A DNA stretch of 43,907 nucleotides from a bacterium (GTDB lineage Bacteria > Patescibacteriota > Dojkabacteria > B142 > OLB20), in the NCBI GenBank assembly GCA_029567095.1, contig JAKQLP010000077.1, forward strand, positions 1 through 43,907, given 5' to 3'. The notes beneath the pieces are model-generated. The model did not search any database. It was not told the DNA's origin and saw only the letters and a program-made list of their open reading frames with translations. Position numbers and translations under genes: made by a program. Positions 28,691-37,916 of the stretch are shown here, one piece after another; position 1 is the stretch's first letter; every line of letters begins with the position of its first letter.

Positions 28691-29247
28691 TAGATAGTGC
28701 TACTATCTTTAAGAATTTGAATTATATCGCTTCTTATTTCAGTTCGTTGTTTTAAATCTTCCCAATCTAGAAAAGGCCTATGAGCTATGATCTTATCTGC
28801 TGTAGCCTCACCAATGCCTTTTATGGAAATAAGGGCATCTCTTGTTGCATAATTCAAGTTAATTAAGCCTAATTTAGCGTTCTCGTTATTAGAATCCATG
28901 AATGGGATATATACTTTCATTTCAGAGGAAACCTTTTTGGAAAGTGTAATGTTCTTTTCCGCAAAAACATGATCGGCATTATCAGTGAAGCCCCCGGCTA
29001 AATTAACAAGATCAATAACCAGAATATTATCAGTAACTTCATACACACCTGGATATTTAACACCTCCCCAAATTTCAACAAAAATTATAGGAGTAATTGA
29101 ATTCAAATCCTTAACTAAAGGCGCAATAATCGTCTCCGTATGCTCCTCTTTCTGAGCTACTGAGTAATATACCCGAATAGATATTAATGCAATTAGTAAT
29201 ACAACTGTAATAATGATGGATTTGTGCTGTTCAATAAAGGAAGCCAT
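28690..29247 (-). CDS. comEA: ComEA DNA receptor (SLBB + HhH)
   Basis: N-terminal TM, GGVKYPGVY, AGG, INLNYAT..IKGIGEATADKII. Confidence 0.9.
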   Translation of the reverse strand: MASFIEQHKSIIITVVLLIALISIRVYYSVAQKEEHTETIIAPLVKDLNSITPIIFVEIWGGVKYPGVYEVTDNILVIDLVNLAGGFTDNADHVFAEKNITLSKKVSSEMKVYIPFMDSNNENAKLGLINLNYATRDALISIKGIGEATADKIIAHRPFLDWEDLKQRTEIRSDIIQILKDSSTI

Positions 29248-29280
29248 AAGATATATTAAAAGTAATCTCTTAATATATCC

Positions 29281-30054
29281 TTAATCGTAATATCCTATTG
29301 TAACGTTATAAAGGATCAGGAAAGAAGGCCTAGATTCACCCATAGCATCAATTACTGTAGGAGTTTTATTGATCTCATTTACTACATCAAATCCCCCAAT
29401 AACATGCCCAAACACAGTATGGCGCCCCTCCAGATTCTGAAGCCTAGGATCATTGTTTTCAGCCAAAACAATGAAAAATTGTCCTCCTCCTGTATCTGGG
29501 CCATTAGCTGCTAAACATACTGAGAACTTACCCATCTTCCTAGATTGAATATTCTCAGTACTACTATATCCCTGAGCTTTTAATATGGATTTTAAATTTT
29601 CATCATAATCCAAACTTTCCCAGTTGATTTCATGAGGGATCGTATAACCAGGGCCTCCTAATGCATCATCATTCGGATCATCATTTTTCATTGTACTGCT
29701 CCCACCTTGTAACAAGAAGCCAGGAATAAACCTATGAAATTGAACATTATAATAATAATTCTTATTGGCTAAATGGATAAAATTGGCAACAGTATTAGGA
29801 GCATTTGCCTCAAGCAGGTCTATTGTAATATTCCCTTTATTTGTTCTAAGCACAGCATAATAATCTACATTGGTATCTAATTCCTGAGCAGGTTTTTCGA
29901 TTATTGATTGCTCTTCTTGAAATAAATTAAATGGGAATGCTGAAAAAGTGTATGAGCTACTAGAAAAACCATTTTGTAGGATCCCAAAAATAAAGAAGAA
30001 TAAGAGTATAACTCCAAGAAAATACAACCAAAATTCTCTATTTTGTTTGAACAT
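29281..30054 (-). CDS. Membrane-anchored cyclophilin-type peptidyl-prolyl isomerase
   Basis: APNTVANF, FHRFIPGFLLQGG, GGPGY, QFFI, HTVFGHV. Confidence 0.92.
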   Translation of the reverse strand: MFKQNREFWLYFLGVILLFFFIFGILQNGFSSSSYTFSAFPFNLFQEEQSIIEKPAQELDTNVDYYAVLRTNKGNITIDLLEANAPNTVANFIHLANKNYYYNVQFHRFIPGFLLQGGSSTMKNDDPNDDALGGPGYTIPHEINWESLDYDENLKSILKAQGYSSTENIQSRKMGKFSVCLAANGPDTGGGQFFIVLAENNDPRLQNLEGRHTVFGHVIGGFDVVNEINKTPTVIDAMGESRPSFLILYNVTIGYYD

Positions 30055-32669
30055 TATCTCACGATTACATTTATGATCTTCCCAGGCAAATATATTACTT
30101 TATATATCTTGCCTTGATCCATATAGCTTTTAATTTTCTTATCTTTTTGGATCAAACTAAGTAAAGCCTCTTCCTGAATTTGTTTTGAAACGTGCACGAC
30201 TCCTCTTAACTTTCCATTAATTTGCACTGGTAATTTAACCGTATCCTTAACTAATTTTGTCTTATCGTAATCGGGCCAAACTTGTAAATGGACGCTGGCG
30301 TTATTACCGCAAATGCTCCAAAATTCCTCAGCCAAATAAGGCATAAAGGGAGCCAATATTAGAGCTAATTTACCTAAATATTCTTTACGGGTTGGCAATG
30401 ACAAGGACTTCATATTTTCACTATACCAATTAACAAACTCCATTATTCTTGCAACAGCTGTATTAAATTTTAACGATTCCAAATCCTCTCCAACCGATTT
30501 GATAGTCTTGTGTACAATCGCGTCATCAACTTCGGACTCAGTATCTGGGGCATCATCTTCAATATTTTTATATAAACGCCACAATTTACTAACGAATTTG
30601 AACATGCCTGACATTCCTGAGTCTCTCCAATCCCCTGAAGAGTCAAATGGACCAATAAATCTTAAATACATCCTAACTGAATCAGCACCATACCTATCAA
30701 TAAATTCATCAGGATTAACAACATTACCTTTGGATTTACTCATTTTAGCCCCATCTTTCGTTATCAAGCCATGTCCAAAGAATCTTGAGAATGGCTCCTC
30801 AAAATCTAGATAACCCAAATCAAAAAGCACCATTGTAATAAACCTGGCATAGAGTAAATGTAATACTGTGTGTTCTTTACCCCCGATATAGGAAGTAACA
30901 GGCCCCCACTTCTTCATCCTGTCTTTTAATCTATTGCCCTCTTGCTGTGTTAATCCAGGATTAAATAATGAATTCTTTGAGGAAAAGTCCCCACCAAATG
31001 GGACATTATCAAATTCAGTAAAAGGATATCTCAAAAAATACCAGCAAGAATCAACAAAAGGATCTGAAACATCGCTTTCTCTTTGTGCTTCATGTCCACA
31101 ATGAGGACAAATGGTATTAATAAAATCAGTCTGTTGAGCAAGTGGGCCTCTTCCAGATCCATCGGGCTTTATCTTATCTAATTCAGAAATTTCTGGTAAC
31201 CTCACTGGAAGCTCATCATCCGGATACCATCCCTTCATCTGCTCAATGAGTAATTTCAAATCTACTTTAGAAATATTTTTAGAAGAATCAGGACTTGTAT
31301 TAAACCAGCTTAAACCTTTATCAGCACATTGCTGACAATAGATCATGGGTATAGGAGGACCCCAATACCTTTGGCGACTGACACACCAATCTCTTAGATT
31401 ATAGTTAATTACTTTATTTCCCCAGCCCTTGGCTTCAATATAATCCATTATCTTAATGGTTGCCTCATGAATATCTAAGCCATTTAAAAATTCAGAATTC
31501 ACCATTTTCCCCTCATCTTCCTGAACTTGCTCTATAGTCTCAATTGGAGATATATCCCCTTCTCGACTTACAACTCTTAGCACTTCTAAATTAAACTCTT
31601 TTGCGAATTCAAAGTCTCTCTTATCATGCCCAGGTACACCTACTACAGCTCCTGTTCCAAAATGACCTAGTACGAAATCTGAAATATAGATCGGTAATTC
31701 TTTACTATTTAGATTATTAATAGCAACAAATCCAGTGTCGACCCCAGTCTTTTTCCTTCCTTCAGCGATCCTTTCAATATCGGATTTACCTCTGACATCT
31801 TGGACATATTTTTCGATCTTACTAAAAATAGCAGGATTAACAGGAATTTTACCTTCAATTATTGATCTAACAAGTGGGTGTTCAGGTGCTATAACAATGA
31901 AGGTTGCTCCAAAATTCGTATCCGGTCTAGTAGTAAAGCATGTTACCTCAAGCCCAGTCCCTTTGATTTTATAACGGATATTAATACCTTCTTTCTTTCC
32001 TATCCAATTCTTCTGCCCTAACTTAACGTCATCGACCCAATCAATTTTCTTAAGATTCTTATCCAATCTGTCGGCATAATTGGTAATCTTAAAAAACCAT
32101 TGCTTTAAAGCCTTAGTCTCCACAACACTTGAGCACCTCTCACATTTATCATCAATAACCTGCTCATCAGATAATACAGTCTTACAGCTAGGACAATACT
32201 TAACATTAGCCTGTTTCCTATACGCTAGCCCTGCTTTAAAGAACTGGATGAATAACCACTGGGTCCATTTATAATAATCTGGTTCATTAGTCTCAACAGT
32301 TCTATCCCAATCATACATATTACCCATCATATGCAACTGTTCAAAGAAATGCCGATGTGTCCTTTCTGAGACGGTTTTAATATGTTCGCCTATCTTTAAT
32401 GCATAGTTCTCACTATGAATACCAAAAGCATCCAATCCAATAGGTTCAAATACATCATATCCTTTCATTCTCATAAATCTGCCATAGGTATCGACACCGG
32501 TAAAAGTATACATTCCACCTATATGTAGGCCTTCTGCGGAAGGATAAGGAAACATCATAAGGTTATAGAAAGGCTTTTCAGCTTTATCAAGATCTAGTTT
32601 GTAAATTTGATTTTCTTGCCAATATTTCCTCCATTTTGACTCTACGGCCTTTGGATCATACTTTTCCAT
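30054..32669 (-). CDS. leuS: Leucine--tRNA ligase
   Basis: MFPYPS, HIGG, FTTRPDT editing domain, SRQRYWG, GGKEH, KMSKS, VQINGKLR. Confidence 0.97.
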   Translation of the reverse strand: MEKYDPKAVESKWRKYWQENQIYKLDLDKAEKPFYNLMMFPYPSAEGLHIGGMYTFTGVDTYGRFMRMKGYDVFEPIGLDAFGIHSENYALKIGEHIKTVSERTHRHFFEQLHMMGNMYDWDRTVETNEPDYYKWTQWLFIQFFKAGLAYRKQANVKYCPSCKTVLSDEQVIDDKCERCSSVVETKALKQWFFKITNYADRLDKNLKKIDWVDDVKLGQKNWIGKKEGINIRYKIKGTGLEVTCFTTRPDTNFGATFIVIAPEHPLVRSIIEGKIPVNPAIFSKIEKYVQDVRGKSDIERIAEGRKKTGVDTGFVAINNLNSKELPIYISDFVLGHFGTGAVVGVPGHDKRDFEFAKEFNLEVLRVVSREGDISPIETIEQVQEDEGKMVNSEFLNGLDIHEATIKIMDYIEAKGWGNKVINYNLRDWCVSRQRYWGPPIPMIYCQQCADKGLSWFNTSPDSSKNISKVDLKLLIEQMKGWYPDDELPVRLPEISELDKIKPDGSGRGPLAQQTDFINTICPHCGHEAQRESDVSDPFVDSCWYFLRYPFTEFDNVPFGGDFSSKNSLFNPGLTQQEGNRLKDRMKKWGPVTSYIGGKEHTVLHLLYARFITMVLFDLGYLDFEEPFSRFFGHGLITKDGAKMSKSKGNVVNPDEFIDRYGADSVRMYLRFIGPFDSSGDWRDSGMSGMFKFVSKLWRLYKNIEDDAPDTESEVDDAIVHKTIKSVGEDLESLKFNTAVARIMEFVNWYSENMKSLSLPTRKEYLGKLALILAPFMPYLAEEFWSICGNNASVHLQVWPDYDKTKLVKDTVKLPVQINGKLRGVVHVSKQIQEEALLSLIQKDKKIKSYMDQGKIYKVIYLPGKIINVIVR

Positions 32670-32837
32670 GGGATGAACACTAATAATGCTGTAATTATAA
32701 TACTTTTGAATTTTTTCTACTATATATTAACAAGTTACGCACAAGCGGCAGGGCTGTGTGACGCAAAAATTGTTCCACGAAATATTTGTTTAGATCTATA
32801 AAATGTAAAGAAATTTTACATTTCGTAAAATATAAAA

Positions 32838-32860
32838 AATGACCTCATAAAAAGGTCATT
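32838..32860 (-). terminator. Probable terminator after tRNA-Ala
   Basis: AATGACCT/AGGTCATT inverted repeat followed by a T-run on the minus strand. Confidence 0.6.
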
Positions 32861-32864
32861 AATT

Positions 32865-32941
32865 TGGTGGAGCTGAGGGGAATCGAACCCCTAACCTTTG
32901 CTATGCCATAGCAACGCTCTAACCAATTGAGCTACAGCCCC
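32865..32941 (-). tRNA. tRNA-Ala(GGC), CCA encoded
   Basis: Reverse complement GGGGCTGTAGCTCAATTGG...TTGCT-ATGGCAT-AGCAA...CAGCTCCACCA; G3:U70. Confidence 0.96.
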
Positions 32942-32998
32942 AAACATGCAGAAATTATAAATCAAACTTAGGAAATAATAAAGCCCTTTCGTTGGAAA

Positions 32999-33532
32999 CT
33001 AAAATTCATGCCAAAACTTTGCTGCTTCTTGCAGTATTCTCAACTCTCTCTGCTTAATAAAATGCGATTCATAATCTGGAAAAGGATAATTCTTTACAAC
33101 ATCCAGAGCCTCATCTTTTGGAAGCCAGATCACAGAGGCTCCCTCAGACTGCTCCTCCTCAGTAAAATCAGCTACACCCTTTTCACCTTTCAACTTGACC
33201 AAATAAGCATAAGTCATTTGAAATAAGCCATGATCATCACCTTCATAATATCTGCTCTCTAAGGTAATACCTAATTCCTTGAACTCTCCGAACCCTACTC
33301 CCACCTCTTCTTTAACCTCTCTGATTAAAGCTTGCATTATTGTCTCCCCCCTATCTACCCCACCCCCAGGAAGTTTATATATACCACGCTTTTTAAGGTG
33401 CATTAAACCAACCATACCCTCATGATCGAGAATAACGGCTCGCGCGGCTTTCCGGAATAAAAAGTGCCTGGAAGTTAGATCAAAATCCTTACCCCCTACC
33501 GACCTATCATTCTGCTCTAATAATACCTCCAT
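32999..33532 (-). CDS. NUDIX hydrolase
   Basis: Nudix box GGGVDRGETIMQALIREVKEEVG. Confidence 0.92.
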   Translation of the reverse strand: MEVLLEQNDRSVGGKDFDLTSRHFLFRKAARAVILDHEGMVGLMHLKKRGIYKLPGGGVDRGETIMQALIREVKEEVGVGFGEFKELGITLESRYYEGDDHGLFQMTYAYLVKLKGEKGVADFTEEEQSEGASVIWLPKDEALDVVKNYPFPDYESHFIKQRELRILQEAAKFWHEF

Positions 33533-34716
33533 TATCTTAGCTTAACATAATACTCCGGATTAATTTTTCTTCCATTAACCTGGATCTCCAAGTGAAGATG
33601 AGTTCCAAAGGAATATCCGGAATTACCCATATACATAATATCTTGACCGGCTTTTACGTAATCCCCAGCTTTGACATTAAATTTTCCCGTCCCATGGCCA
33701 TATATTGAAACTATCCCACCACCATGATCAATAATAGTAGTAAATCCCCAACCTCCCCAGCCGGCCTTCTTAACATAACCATTGCCTATAGAATTTATCC
33801 AGCACCCTCCGGCTTTGGCCATATCCACTCCACCGTGATAACTACTAAATCCCCTAGACCAAGACCAACCCGAACAGTGCAGCAAGGGATGCACAAAAGC
33901 TCCAGAAGGAACCACTAAACCCCCACTTGGTGTTCCTTTCGAACTTGCAGTAATTACTTTGGGAGGAGGTGTTGGAATTACACCATTAGGCACAAATAAC
34001 TCCATGCCTTCAGCTAAAACTGGGTTGTCATAATCAATAATATTACTATTAAGGTCCCAAATATCGATAGCATTACTATTGGTATATTTAGCGATCTTTT
34101 CTAATGTATCGCCCTTCTTGACTGTATAATAAGCGCCGTCTATTGCCGGTATTCTTAATACCTGACCTACTTTCAAAATTGCATCCTTGCTAGATAAGTT
34201 ATTTGCCCAGACCAATGTAGTTATATTCTTGTTGTAGATTTTCGCTATCGAAGATAACGTATCCCCCTGCTGGACAACGTATTTATAGACCTCAATATCT
34301 GCATCGTTCTCGGATATCACGGACAAGGCCTCAGCCGTACCCGCCTGATAAATAAGATCCTTTCTGCCTATAGCAGCTTCATTAAGGGCTAAGCCATTAC
34401 TTTGAGCGCTGATGTTCAATCTGGTAGAGACTCCAGATACCACTATCAGAAGAGTTAAAGCAAAAATCACAATATGAAATGACGTTCTATACAAGGAGCC
34501 CCTTCCCCAGAACATCCTTTGCACAATAAAGTCTTTAGCCCCCTCAATTAGAGTAACCAACAAACTTATTAATGCAAAAGTATAGAAGAAAAGCTGTCTA
34601 CCCCTGAGCAACATATAGGAAATTAAATCCCTAACGAAAGCCAGGGGCAGGAAAAGATCCTTACTTGTTTCTGTATAAACTATTTCTTCGTTATTATTTC
34701 CTAACTCTTGAGACAT
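33532..34716 (-). CDS. LysM x2 / M23 peptidoglycan endopeptidase
   Basis: YVVQQGDTL and YTVKKGDTL LysMs; HGGVD, YGH, HLHLE. Confidence 0.92.
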   Translation of the reverse strand: MSQELGNNNEEIVYTETSKDLFLPLAFVRDLISYMLLRGRQLFFYTFALISLLVTLIEGAKDFIVQRMFWGRGSLYRTSFHIVIFALTLLIVVSGVSTRLNISAQSNGLALNEAAIGRKDLIYQAGTAEALSVISENDADIEVYKYVVQQGDTLSSIAKIYNKNITTLVWANNLSSKDAILKVGQVLRIPAIDGAYYTVKKGDTLEKIAKYTNSNAIDIWDLNSNIIDYDNPVLAEGMELFVPNGVIPTPPPKVITASSKGTPSGGLVVPSGAFVHPLLHCSGWSWSRGFSSYHGGVDMAKAGGCWINSIGNGYVKKAGWGGWGFTTIIDHGGGIVSIYGHGTGKFNVKAGDYVKAGQDIMYMGNSGYSFGTHLHLEIQVNGRKINPEYYVKLR

Positions 34717-34758
34717 ATAAATATAATATCATATTTTATTATCCCGATCTTGACCCCC

Positions 34759-36204
34759 TTATAAATCTTCGTGCAGAGTGGCTAAGAATTCTTTATTGGT
34801 TTTAGTCTTCTTCAACCTGTCGATCAACATCATTGTCGCCTCATCTTCTTTGAAGATATCCAACATTCTTCTAACTCTCCAGGATGAGTTTAAGACCTCC
34901 TTAGAAAGCAACCTGTCTTCATTTCTAGTACCAGATGCTTTAACATCGATAGCGGGAAAAACTCTCTTCTCAGCCAAACGCCTGTCTAGCTTCAATTCCA
35001 TATTGCCCGTACCTTTAAACTCTTCAAAGATAACCTCATCCATTCTACTACCAGTTTCAACCAGAGCCGTAGCAATTACTGTTAAGCTACCACCTTTTTC
35101 AAAGTTTCTGGCAGCACCAAAAAACCTTTTTGGTGGATAAATTGCAACAGGATCAAAACCTCCGGATAAAGTCCTTCCAGAAGGAGGAGCAGTTATATTA
35201 TATGCTCTAGCCAATCTAGTTAAACTATCCATTAAAATTACCACATCATTACCTAGCTCGACCAACCTTTTAGCTCTCTCAATAGCCATTTCTGCTATTT
35301 TAGTATGCAACTCTGGAGGTTCATCAAAATTAGCTGCCACAACCTCACCTTTAACAGATCTTTCCATATCAGTCACCTCTTCTGGTCTTTCCCCAACCAA
35401 TACAACCATCAAATGAATTTCGGGATGATTTTTTGTGATGCCATCTGCTATCTCTTTTAACAACCAAGTCTTTCCTACTTTCGGGGGGGCAACAAGCATT
35501 CCTCTTTGCCCCTTTCCGATAGGTGAAAGCAGATCGATCAACCTTGTAGAAAGGATATGAGGTTCAGTCTCCAATTTGATCATCTCATCAGGAAAGATGG
35601 GGGTTAATCTATTAAAACTGGGTCTAGTTAAGGCATCATCAGGGCTCGTATTGTTAATTGCTTCTATCCTCAACATGGACAAGTATCTCTCGCCCTCTTT
35701 TGGAGCACGAGCCTGACCGGAAATGAAATCACCCTGCTTAAGATTAAACCTTTTAATTTGAGATCCAGAGACATAAACATCATTATCTCCCGGCAAAAGC
35801 TTTAAAGTTCTTAATACACCGTGAGACCCATCATTAATGATCTCTAATACACCTTCTGCGAAAATATTACCTCCTCTTTTTGTCTGCTCTTCTAAGATCC
35901 TAATTATCAGATCATTTTTATTGTAATTTGCATTATCAGTAATATTCAGCTTCTCAGCTATATTTCTAAGTTCCATCAAAGATTTCTCATCGAGCTCTTT
36001 AAGGGTCATAGCTTTAGCTATCTTATCTTTTTCGAAGCCATTGGTTTTTACAGCAACAACAGGCTTAGCAGCAATTGCTGTTTCTTCCTTTGAAGGAATA
36101 ACTGAACCACCTTCTTCAACTAAGGGTAATTTAACTGATTCTTCAGCCATTTTGGGCTGCTTGGTTAATCTTGCGCCAATACGCTTTTTCTGTGCATTCT
36201 CCAT
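34759..36204 (-). CDS. rho: Transcription termination factor Rho
   Basis: [50 protein letters not shown]. Confidence 0.98.
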   Translation of the reverse strand: MENAQKKRIGARLTKQPKMAEESVKLPLVEEGGSVIPSKEETAIAAKPVVAVKTNGFEKDKIAKAMTLKELDEKSLMELRNIAEKLNITDNANYNKNDLIIRILEEQTKRGGNIFAEGVLEIINDGSHGVLRTLKLLPGDNDVYVSGSQIKRFNLKQGDFISGQARAPKEGERYLSMLRIEAINNTSPDDALTRPSFNRLTPIFPDEMIKLETEPHILSTRLIDLLSPIGKGQRGMLVAPPKVGKTWLLKEIADGITKNHPEIHLMVVLVGERPEEVTDMERSVKGEVVAANFDEPPELHTKIAEMAIERAKRLVELGNDVVILMDSLTRLARAYNITAPPSGRTLSGGFDPVAIYPPKRFFGAARNFEKGGSLTVIATALVETGSRMDEVIFEEFKGTGNMELKLDRRLAEKRVFPAIDVKASGTRNEDRLLSKEVLNSSWRVRRMLDIFKEDEATMMLIDRLKKTKTNKEFLATLHEDL

Positions 36205-36299
36205 GTCGGTATAGATGTATATGAATTAAATGATGGAAAGGAAAGTCATAAATATATGAATGAAATTGTTGGGAAATTACTTGGTAGTTAATCTAAAAA

Positions 36300-36328
36300 A
36301 GTATAGAAAAATGGGAAATGGATGTCAA
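36300..36328 (-). promoter_or_regulatory. rho promoter
   Basis: TTGACA-17 nt-TATACT. Confidence 0.8.
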
Positions 36329-36331
36329 GGT

Positions 36332-36517
36332 TTTAATAATTAGGGATCGGCACTGCCCCCACCGACCCCTATTAAAACCCCTAATGTATTAGGACTTTGC
36401 ATAGGAACCGGTGCTACTTATCTTCAAATCCAAGAGCCCAGTTGATTTCAATTCTGATTACAGAACTGGATGTACGCGAACCAGACTCTGGGAACTAAAG
36501 ATAAGCAAATTATTAAA
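36332..36517 (-). ncRNA. Unassigned structured non-coding RNA (~186 nt)
   Basis: 10-bp closing stem, 29-bp arm with 6 G-U pairs, three further hairpins, own consensus promoter. Confidence 0.7.
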
Positions 36518-36527
36518 GAACAGCTAT

Positions 36528-36556
36528 ATAATATCCTATAATAAAATAACTGTCAA
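36528..36556 (-). promoter_or_regulatory. Promoter for the unassigned ncRNA
   Basis: TTGACA-17 nt-TATTAT. Confidence 0.8.
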
Positions 36557-36617
36557 GCCCATAGTAAAAGAAATTAATGGAATGATACAGCCACCAACTT
36601 AAATTGATCTTAACTGG

Positions 36618-37916
36618 TTATTTAAATACTAACCCGAGTTGCCCTACATGGGAAATTTGAGGAAATTTCTGCCTGAATGTTGAATACCCCAACCTCTTGC
36701 ACTCTTTTTCCATCTGTACAGCTCGCTTATTGACCCTTATCTGCCCTGTTAACGATATTTCTCCAAACGCAATCATATTATCTGGCAATGATTTGCCCAC
36801 TACCGAGGAAATGATAGCCAACACAGCCGGCAGGTCCAACAAAGGCTCAGACGCTTTTAATCCTCCAGCTATGTTCAAATATACATCTTTGTCATATAGA
36901 TCAAATTTTGTGTACTTAGCAATAATAGCGGCCAGGACCTCTAACCGGGTACGAGACACTCCTTCTGCAACCCTTTTTGGTAATGGAAAGAATGTTTTAG
37001 AACTCAAAGCTTGCATCTCGATCAGCATCAATCTATCACCCTCCCTGATCACCCCCGGACAAACTCCAACCGGCTGCTTCTCTTTATTCTCCAAGAAATA
37101 CAAAGACGGATTACTTACCTCTTGCATGCCCTCCTCTGTCATCTCGAATACTCCGATCTCATTTGTGGGCCCGAATCGATTTTTCAAGCAACGCAATATT
37201 CTAAAATCCATCTTTTGATCTCCCTGCAACTCAAGCACGATATCTACCAAATGCTCCAGCAACTTAGGCCCAGCAACAGCTCCTTCTTTTGTAACCTGCC
37301 CTACTAGGAACAGAATCACTCCATGCTCTTTGGCAAATTTGATCAACTTAGAAGACACTGCTTTTATCTGAGCGATCCCTCCTGGTAACCCTCTAACCTC
37401 CTCTGAATATACGGTTTGAATAGAATCAATCACTACAACCTGAGGATTGGTCTCTTTTATCTTCCTGATTATTGATCCTACTTCAAAGCCACTTAGGATC
37501 TGCAAGCCTTCATAGTTACTCAACTTCAAGCGCTTTCCCCTTAAAGCAACCTGCTGTAAAGACTCCTCAGCACTGACATAAAGCGAGCTCGAAGAAGCTG
37601 CTATGACCTGCATTAATAAAGTTGATTTTCCAATTCCGGGTTCGCCACTTATTAAGACCACTCCTGAAGGCACTAATCCTCCCCCCAAAACCCTATCAAA
37701 CTCATTGAAGCCAGTTGAGATCCTTTCTAAGGCTTCATCACTAACATCCTTTAGATGTTTCAACTTTAATTCACTTCCCCCTATTTCCTCAACTCCAATA
37801 GAAGCATCAGTTTCATCGAAAGTATTCCATTCTTTACAATTGGGGCACTGCCCCATCCACTTCAAGGATTCATAGGAACAGCTATTGCAAACAAAGATCT
37901 TGGAATTTTTACTCAT
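36618..37916 (-). CDS. radA: DNA repair protein RadA/Sms
   Basis: C4 zinc finger, GEPGIGKSTL, IDSIQT, KNRFG, Lon-like GEISLTG. Confidence 0.97.
   Translation of the reverse strand: MSKNSKIFVCNSCSYESLKWMGQCPNCKEWNTFDETDASIGVEEIGGSELKLKHLKDVSDEALERISTGFNEFDRVLGGGLVPSGVVLISGEPGIGKSTLLMQVIAASSSSLYVSAEESLQQVALRGKRLKLSNYEGLQILSGFEVGSIIRKIKETNPQVVVIDSIQTVYSEEVRGLPGGIAQIKAVSSKLIKFAKEHGVILFLVGQVTKEGAVAGPKLLEHLVDIVLELQGDQKMDFRILRCLKNRFGPTNEIGVFEMTEEGMQEVSNPSLYFLENKEKQPVGVCPGVIREGDRLMLIEMQALSSKTFFPLPKRVAEGVSRTRLEVLAAIIAKYTKFDLYDKDVYLNIAGGLKASEPLLDLPAVLAIISSVVGKSLPDNMIAFGEISLTGQIRVNKRAVQMEKECKRLGYSTFRQKFPQISHVGQLGLVFK

Noticed and set aside
32730-32830. Possible T-box upstream of leuS (CGTGGAACA, small hairpins)
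   Set aside because: No proper GGUGGNACC antiterminator, stem I or specifier loop; the motif is better explained by the parS-half-like repeat
16237-32941. tRNA-associated integrated element
   Set aside because: No integrase seen and no duplicated tRNA 3' ends noticed
36332-36517. RNase P, tmRNA, SRP or tracrRNA identity for the unassigned RNA
   Set aside because: Lacks GAGGAAAGUCC/P4, tRNA-like ends with tag ORF, and the SRP helix-8 motif; no cas genes or CRISPR repeats in the window
36411-36602. 63-aa plus-strand GTG ORF
   Set aside because: Overlaps the structured RNA and its promoter on the opposite strand; no recognisable protein features
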